A program made the translations under genes and the position numbers. A model generated the notes under the pieces. That model was not told the DNA's origin. It did not search any database and worked only from the letters and a program-made list of their open reading frames with translations. A stretch of 64,000 nucleotides of DNA from Verrucomicrobiota bacterium (GTDB lineage Bacteria > Verrucomicrobiota > Verrucomicrobiia > Limisphaerales > Palsa-1400), in the NCBI GenBank assembly GCA_049510745.1, contig JBEKYR010000008.1:210232-274231 (forward strand). Reading direction: 5' to 3'. Within the stretch, counting starts at the first letter, position 1. Each line of letters starts with the position of its first letter. Shown one piece after another: positions 57,903 to 64,000 of the stretch.

Positions 57903-60173
57903 TTAATTGGAGTTTGGGGCGGGTTCTCCGTAGATGACGCCGCGTCCGCCGGTGGCAAAATAAACCCGGCCATAAATGCGCGGGTCGCCCGTCACGCGGT
58001 TGATGTAACCGAATTGGTGTTGGTCGTCGTTGATGCGCACCCAAGTCAGGCCGATGTCATCGGAACGGAAGAGCGCTTGCAGTCCTCCGATTCTTCCGGC
58101 CAGATATAGCGCGGGAAATGGTTGTCCAGCCCCGGCCTTGCCGAAGCCAAGCGAAGCGGCTTCCTGCACGGACGGCAGCTTCGCAAAGCGGGCGCCGCCG
58201 TTGGTGGAGTGATGCAAACCAGCCCTGCGCAAAGCCAGCCACAGATCACCTTCGATGCCAGGGGTCGCGACCAGTTCCGCGCCGCCGCCAAAACCGGCTT
58301 CTTGCGCCGGTTCAAACCGGGCTTCGGTGGCGGAAAAATCCACGGCGCCATTTGTGCTGGCCAGCAGTTTGCCGGCGCCGGCGTCGTAAGCGTAAAACCG
58401 CGAAGAGTTCACGGTGTCGGCGACCACCCGGATTCCGGACCGCAAACCCGCGCAGGGCGTCCAGTTCGCGCCCCAATTCGTCGTCACGTACGGCGGGCTG
58501 CGCTGCGGCGTCCAAACGACGGTGGCGCCGTCGCAGGAAATTGAGATGGCGCCCGCGCTGGCGCCGTCGGACGGCCGGCTCCGCAGCCTTTCCCACGATT
58601 TGCCGCCATCGAGCGAAAACGCGGCGCGCGTTGCCTGGCCGTTCTCCGTGCCGCAACGAACAATCACTTGCGCTTTCTTGGCGGCGAACGCCAGGTCTTC
58701 CGTGTTGCCAAAACGCGGGCCGGAAAAAGTCCCTTGCGGCGGCGAAACCGTGAGATCGTCATGGACGAAGCCGTCAATATCGCCGACGCCGCTGATCAGG
58801 TGCGGGCCTTCGGGCGGACTGATGAGCGCCAGCGGAACCGTTTCTTCGAGGCCGTCATCGAAGAACACCCACCGCGTCGGATTCCCGGAGTCGGCCTTCG
58901 TCGCGTTCACGCAGGACCAGATTCCGTAACCGGTGGTGAACAGCGCCTGGTCCGAATCGAAAGGGTTGATCTTGATGTCGCCCATCCAATGCGGCGTGCG
59001 CGTCTTGGTGTACGGCGCGCTCGAATGATCCCACTCCGTGTTGTCCTGCCAGAGTTGCGTCCATCCCGCGCCGCTGTTGGTGCTGCGGAAAATCTCATCG
59101 TGCGGATGCCAGTGGGCGAACGTCGTGACCATGAGGGTGGCGGGATGCCGCGCATCCACCGCCACGGCGCCGTAGCCGAAAGGCTGGTCAGCCCCCGCGG
59201 GTTTTTCGGGCGTGATGTCGGCCCACGCGCCGTCCTTCGGATTGAATTTCCAGACCGCGCCGTCGGTCATCGTGTTCGGTCCCGGCTCCCTGCCGTAGGT
59301 GAGGTAAAACATTCCGTCCGGCGAGAGAACGGCGTGATTGGGCCGCAATCCAACCGGCTGGTTCATCACCGGCTGCCACGTCACACCGGCATCCGCGCTG
59401 CGATAAAAATTGGTCGCGGTGGTGGATGCCGCCGCAAAAATCACCGGCGTCGGACTGCCGGAGCGTCCGCTTGACGGATCAAAAACGACGCAAATGATTC
59501 CGACGGCCTGTTGCGGGCCGAAACCGCCGCGGTCGCGCGGCCGTGAATTTGTCGCGGAGATGGATGGCGCCGCCTGAGCCGGGCTGATCTCTGGAAAACC
59601 TTCCACTTTGTTCCAGGTCGCGCCGCGGTCAGCGCTTTTCCACAACCCGGCGGAGCGCGAACCGAAGAAAAGGATGTCACCGTCGTTGGGATCAACCGCG
59701 AGCCGTTCGCCGTTGGCGCGGCCCGTTTCGTTGCCGCCCATTTTGAAGGGCACGTCCGTGCGCGCGAAGGTCTTGCCCCGATTGGCCGACCGGAGGATCG
59801 CCGCCTTGCCGCGATTGTAAGTGCCGGCGGCCAGATAGACGCGATTTGGATCCGCCGGATCCAGGGCGAGGCTTTCGATGCCGGTGAGGTTCTCGTCCGC
59901 GACGCCGATCCAATCGGTGATAGGAATCCACTTTTGCGCCGCCGCCTCCCAGCGATACGCCCCGCCAACGTCGGTGCGGGCATAAATCAAGTTTTTCTCG
60001 CGCGGATGGAAAATGATGCCGGTCACGAAACCGCCGCCGCCCATGGTGACGTTTCGCCAGAGGTACGGCTCGGAGGCGGGCGGCCGGCTCGCCGGCGCTT
60101 GCGCCGCCGCCACGCGCGGCCATGCCAAACCCAACGCGAGCAGCCAACCGAAAAGTCTGACGGCTTTGGTCAT
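57903..60173 (-). CDS. GH74 xyloglucanase-like protein
   Basis: WRNVTMGGGGFVTG, YARTDVGGAYRW, GGNETGRANGERLAVDP, GLEETV and GDIDGF (both catalytic Asp present). Confidence 0.92.
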   Translation of the reverse strand: MTKAVRLFGWLLALGLAWPRVAAAQAPASRPPASEPYLWRNVTMGGGGFVTGIIFHPREKNLIYARTDVGGAYRWEAAAQKWIPITDWIGVADENLTGIESLALDPADPNRVYLAAGTYNRGKAAILRSANRGKTFARTDVPFKMGGNETGRANGERLAVDPNDGDILFFGSRSAGLWKSADRGATWNKVEGFPEISPAQAAPSISATNSRPRDRGGFGPQQAVGIICVVFDPSSGRSGSPTPVIFAAASTTATNFYRSADAGVTWQPVMNQPVGLRPNHAVLSPDGMFYLTYGREPGPNTMTDGAVWKFNPKDGAWADITPEKPAGADQPFGYGAVAVDARHPATLMVTTFAHWHPHDEIFRSTNSGAGWTQLWQDNTEWDHSSAPYTKTRTPHWMGDIKINPFDSDQALFTTGYGIWSCVNATKADSGNPTRWVFFDDGLEETVPLALISPPEGPHLISGVGDIDGFVHDDLTVSPPQGTFSGPRFGNTEDLAFAAKKAQVIVRCGTENGQATRAAFSLDGGKSWERLRSRPSDGASAGAISISCDGATVVWTPQRSPPYVTTNWGANWTPCAGLRSGIRVVADTVNSSRFYAYDAGAGKLLASTNGAVDFSATEARFEPAQEAGFGGGAELVATPGIEGDLWLALRRAGLHHSTNGGARFAKLPSVQEAASLGFGKAGAGQPFPALYLAGRIGGLQALFRSDDIGLTWVRINDDQHQFGYINRVTGDPRIYGRVYFATGGRGVIYGEPAPNSN

Positions 60174-60201
60174 GTGCGCCAGTGTATCAAGTCGCTGCGA
60201 G

Positions 60202-62469
60202 TTAGTCCCGCTCGAAAACAGTTTCGGCGAGCCGGTAATTTCCCCGAAAGGCAATATCCCGGGAAGAGCGTCCGACCAGAATTTGGTAATTCCCTTTTTC
60301 GGCCACCCATCCTTTTTTTTCAGTGTCATAAAACGCGAACGCGCCTGGATCGAGCCGGGCGGAAATTTTCCGCCGCTGGCCCGGCTGGAGCGATACTTTG
60401 GCGAACCCTTTCAGTTCCTTCAGGGGGCGCGCCACGCTGGGCTTCATTTCCCGCACATAAATCTGCGCGGCTTCGGCGCCCTCGCGATCGCCGGTGTTGG
60501 CGACTTCAAATTCAACGGTCACGCCGGGGTTTTTCGGATTCTTGTCCGATGTGAGTTTCAGTCCCGAATACTTGAACTCCGTGTAGGACAGGCCGTAGCC
60601 AAAGGGGAAAAGCGGCTCGATTTTCCTGGCGTCAAACCAGCGATAGCCCACCAGCAGCCCCTCCGCGTAAGTGACGGTTCCGTTCGTGCCGGGATAAGCG
60701 TTGAGCGCGTGCGCGGGTGAATCGGCCAGCCGTTTTGGAAACGTGCAGGGCAGCTTGCCCGACGGGTTCACGTCGCCGAAAAGCACTCGCGCCAGAGCGT
60801 TGCCGCCTTCCAATCCGGGGTACCAGGCGTAAAGCAGCGCGGGCGTCCCCGCAAGCCAGGAACCCATTTCAACGGCGCCGCCGCCCATGAACACAACGGC
60901 GGTTTTTGGATTGGCCCGCACGATCTTTTCCAGCAGTTCATCCTGGCCGCCGGGCAGTTTCAGATCGCGGCGATCCGTCCCTTCCGTGTCATAACCGCCG
61001 TTGTGATTGAGGCCGCCGACGTAGATGACGGCGTCCGCGGATTTCGCCGCGGCAACGGCCTCCGCAATCAGATTCGTATTGGCGGCTGGCGCCCCAGCCA
61101 CCTCGTCGCCGCGATCGCGCCGGCCGCGGCCCGCCGGCGGGTTATAGCCGGGCGCGTAAATGATTTTCACGCCGCCGCCGATCCGGTTGCTGATGCCTTC
61201 GAGCGCGGTGATTTCGTAGGGCGCCTTGAGGTTGGCCGCGCCGCCGCCGGCGGCGAACTTGCCGACGGCGTTGGCGCCGATGATGGCGATGGTCCTGAGT
61301 TTCGCCGGATTGAGCGGAAGAAGTTTTTCGTTCTTGAGCAGGACGATGGATTCCTCAGCGACGCGGCGGGCGATTTCCTGGTGCGCCTTGGTGCTCAGGA
61401 CGCCTTGGCTTTCGGAACTCCCCGGCGCCGCGGCGGGATCGCGAATCAGGTTCAGCTTGAACATCACGCAGAGGTGGCGCCGCACTTTGTCGTCGAGCAC
61501 GGACATGGGAAATTTGCCGGATTTCAGCCCTTCTAGAAACGGATTGGCCAGATAATTATTCGCGTACGGCGGACGGCTTCCCATTTCCAGGTCCATGCCG
61601 TTGAGGGCGGCGAGGCCGGTGCTGTGAACACCGCCCCAGTCCGACATGACCAGACCCTTGAAGCCCCATTCCTCTTTGAGAACCTTGTTCAACAGATAAT
61701 CATTCTCGCAGCAATGCTGGCCGCGAAAGCGGTTGTACGCGCCCATGATGCTCAGCACGCCCGCCTCCTGCACGCTGGCGCGAAAGGCCGGCAGATAAAT
61801 CTCGCGCAGCGTCCGCTCGTCCATCTCCACGTCGATCGAGCCGCGCTGAAACTCCTGGTTGTTGGCGGCAAAATGTTTCGCGCAACACGCCACGCCCTGG
61901 GCTTGTTCGCCTTGGATGTAATGGACCGCCATGCGCGAGGTGAGAAACGGGTCCTCGCCCATGTATTCAAAATTTCGCCCGCACAAGGGCGTGCGCTGGA
62001 TGTTCAGGCTCGGTCCGAGCATGATGTTCTTGTGGCGCTGTTTTGCCTCCTGGCCGATGACCGAGCCGTACGCGGCGGCCAGATCGGCGTTGAAGGTCGC
62101 GGCCAAACCAATCGTCGCGGGCATCGCCGTGGCGAAATCGTCCGTGCGATTGAGATTGCGAAATCCTTCGCCCACTTCTTCACGCACGCCCATCGGGCCG
62201 TCGTCCATCCACAAATCGGGAATGCCCAGCCGCGGCACACCTTCGGCGGCGAAAGTGGAATTGGCGTGAACCATCCCGACTTTCTCCTCGACAGTCAGGC
62301 GCGAAAGCAAATCGGCGGCGCGCGCGTCGATGGATTTTGTCCCGTCAAGATAGGCCGGCTCCGGCGCGCCCGGCGCCTGGCTGGCGGCGTCATCGGCGGC
62401 GAAGGCACCAGGGGCGGCGGCCAGGGCCAGCAGGCAGACGGACCAATTTCCGAGCAGTCGTGCGTTCAT
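60202..62469 (-). CDS. GH3 beta-glucosidase
   Basis: DGPMGVR, GRNFEYMGEDP, KHFAAN, VMSDW, SIVLLKN and PFGYGLSYT motifs; FN3-like C-terminus. Confidence 0.95.
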   Translation of the reverse strand: MNARLLGNWSVCLLALAAAPGAFAADDAASQAPGAPEPAYLDGTKSIDARAADLLSRLTVEEKVGMVHANSTFAAEGVPRLGIPDLWMDDGPMGVREEVGEGFRNLNRTDDFATAMPATIGLAATFNADLAAAYGSVIGQEAKQRHKNIMLGPSLNIQRTPLCGRNFEYMGEDPFLTSRMAVHYIQGEQAQGVACCAKHFAANNQEFQRGSIDVEMDERTLREIYLPAFRASVQEAGVLSIMGAYNRFRGQHCCENDYLLNKVLKEEWGFKGLVMSDWGGVHSTGLAALNGMDLEMGSRPPYANNYLANPFLEGLKSGKFPMSVLDDKVRRHLCVMFKLNLIRDPAAAPGSSESQGVLSTKAHQEIARRVAEESIVLLKNEKLLPLNPAKLRTIAIIGANAVGKFAAGGGAANLKAPYEITALEGISNRIGGGVKIIYAPGYNPPAGRGRRDRGDEVAGAPAANTNLIAEAVAAAKSADAVIYVGGLNHNGGYDTEGTDRRDLKLPGGQDELLEKIVRANPKTAVVFMGGGAVEMGSWLAGTPALLYAWYPGLEGGNALARVLFGDVNPSGKLPCTFPKRLADSPAHALNAYPGTNGTVTYAEGLLVGYRWFDARKIEPLFPFGYGLSYTEFKYSGLKLTSDKNPKNPGVTVEFEVANTGDREGAEAAQIYVREMKPSVARPLKELKGFAKVSLQPGQRRKISARLDPGAFAFYDTEKKGWVAEKGNYQILVGRSSRDIAFRGNYRLAETVFERD

Positions 62470-62608
62470 CCTGGCTCATTTACTCATATTGAACGTTTTC
62501 TTCAAATGAATATAAAAACAGGGCTGGAAGTCACATGCCCCGGCGCGCCCTGGGTTTATCCCAATAAAATCTGGTTGCGACGGCGAGGGAATATGCCACA
62601 GTAATTTC

Positions 62609-63790
62609 GTGGCTGCTTCCAAAGACCGTCGCCGGACTTGCGATCGCCGTGCTTTTCTTCGGCTGGGCGCGGCTCTGGCTGTCGGTTCCCCCCTTGCCCT
62701 GGGCTGGCCGCGCGCTTTTGCCCAAGCGAATCCTCTTTCCGCCGAGACGCGGTCCAAGGCCAGGGTCGCCCTGGTTTCATGCCCGGCTTATGGACCGGGG
62801 GTCAAAGCCGCCCTGCGACAATGTTTTGACCTGATCGGCGGGGTGGAAAAGATGGTTCGCAACAAGACGGTCACCGTCAAACTTAATCTGACCGGGACGA
62901 ATTTCACCTGGTTTTTGGGCCGGCCCGTCGGGGAAACTTTCATGACCCACAGCTCGACGGTCCAGGCGCTGCTGGCGCTGCTGTTTGATGCCGGCGCGGC
63001 CCGCGTGCGCCTGGTGGAATCGACGCAAAGCCACGCCGGCCTGAAAACGACGCTGGACACGGCGGGATGGGACGTGAACGCGCTCAGCGCATTGGGCAAG
63101 GTCGAATATGAAAACACCCGCAACCTGGGCGAGGGCAAATCTTACAGCACCTTGCCCGTTCCTTCCGGCGGCTACCTGTTTTCGAGCTTCGACCTGAACC
63201 ACTCCTATCACGATACCGACGTGATGGTTTCGCTGGCCAAACTCAAGCGCCACCTCACGGCGGGGGTGACGCTCTCGATGAAGAACATGTTCGGACTCAC
63301 GCCGACCTCGCTCTACGGCTCCGAAGCGGGCAGCGAAAAGGCCACCGACGGGCGGGCGCCGTTGCACGATCCCACCGGCTTTGAGAAGCTCAAGTTGCCG
63401 GGCCTCAAACCGACAGCGCCGTTCAAAGACCCGTTTTCCCGCGTGCCGCGCATCGTGGTGGATGTCTGCGCGGCGCGGCCCATCGACCTGGCTCTCATTG
63501 ACGGCATTTCCGCCATGACCGGCGGGGAAGGGCCGTGGTGCGCCCGGGCCGCCACGATCAAGCTGACCACTCCGGGGGTGCTCATCGCGGGATTGAATCC
63601 GGTTTCGACCGACGCGGTGGCGACGGCGGTGATGGGCTACGATCCGAGGGCGCCGCGCAAAACCCGCCCCTTCGAGTATTGTGACAATTACCTCTTGCTG
63701 GCCGAACAGGCCGGTTTGGGCAGCGCCGACCCGGCCCAAATCGACGTGCGCGGCCGGACCCTGGAACAGGCGCGTTACCCTTATGATTGA
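62609..63790 (+). CDS. DUF362 domain protein with Tat signal
   Basis: DRRAFL Tat motif; VTVKLNL, SLAKLKRH, TLSMKNMFG, IDGISAMTGGEGP and PVSTDAV. Confidence 0.88.
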   Translation: MAASKDRRRTCDRRAFLRLGAALAVGSPLALGWPRAFAQANPLSAETRSKARVALVSCPAYGPGVKAALRQCFDLIGGVEKMVRNKTVTVKLNLTGTNFTWFLGRPVGETFMTHSSTVQALLALLFDAGAARVRLVESTQSHAGLKTTLDTAGWDVNALSALGKVEYENTRNLGEGKSYSTLPVPSGGYLFSSFDLNHSYHDTDVMVSLAKLKRHLTAGVTLSMKNMFGLTPTSLYGSEAGSEKATDGRAPLHDPTGFEKLKLPGLKPTAPFKDPFSRVPRIVVDVCAARPIDLALIDGISAMTGGEGPWCARAATIKLTTPGVLIAGLNPVSTDAVATAVMGYDPRAPRKTRPFEYCDNYLLLAEQAGLGSADPAQIDVRGRTLEQARYPYD

Positions 63791-63883
63791 CTGATGCCGG
63801 CCGCCGGGCGGAACGCAGACGATGAAGGCGTGGATTTCCGGACTGGACTAAACCCCGCACCCGTAAATAAAGGGGTCAAACCC

Positions 63884-64000
63884 GAATGGCACTTAGTTAA
63901 GAGCACGGTAATTGCGTGGGTTTGAAGTCCAATAGCGATTGCGATGGAAGGACTCTTGGAAGAGCCGTCTAGGTTTGGTGAGCCAGCCGAAGTTTTTTGG
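63884..64000 (-). mobile_element. 3' end and terminal IR of an IS4-family-like element (truncated by window end)
   Basis: Minus strand reads PKNFGWLTKPRRLFQESFHRNRYWTSNPRNYRALN* (stop 63893-63895), running into TAAGTGCCATTC, which resembles IS4-type transposase tails and ends. Confidence 0.6.

Noticed and set aside
57903..62469. GH74-GH3 pair as a novel system
   Set aside because: Ordinary xyloglucan/beta-glucan utilisation genes with canonical catalytic residues.

Overview
High-GC bacterial chromosome window. The protein style (secreted Thr/Asn-rich beta-proteins, C-terminal 'FYR' domains) suggests Verrucomicrobiota; this is inference. 1-9.5 kb: housekeeping and signalling genes (rnhC 3' end, STAS protein, holA, DUF151, HDOD trio, Uma2 nuclease, tandem-domain ndk, acyl-CoA ligase). 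9629-11808: a lower-GC, transposase-less element bounded by 19-bp terminal inverted repeats, carrying a non-canonical 96-nt tRNA-like gene (9-bp acceptor/3-bp T stem, G3:U70, possible UUA anticodon) and a small TAA-interrupted ORF. Next come a DUF1016/YhcG nuclease whose coding region hides four covarying 25-bp palindromes, a CPBP-S8 fusion, a B12 radical SAM enzyme and a complete N-ATPase operon (atpDCQRBEFAG). 26.1-27.7 kb is a decayed GT4/GH130 locus interrupted by a class III nucleotide cyclase cassette. 28.1-56.2 kb is a five-gene surface-protein operon led by a ~5,700-aa protein ending in an atypical Hint domain (HD instead of HN, no downstream cargo). The window closes with an S8 protease, GH74 and GH3 glycosidases, a DUF362 protein and the end of an IS4-like element. 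All family assignments come from motif recognition by eye; no searches were run.
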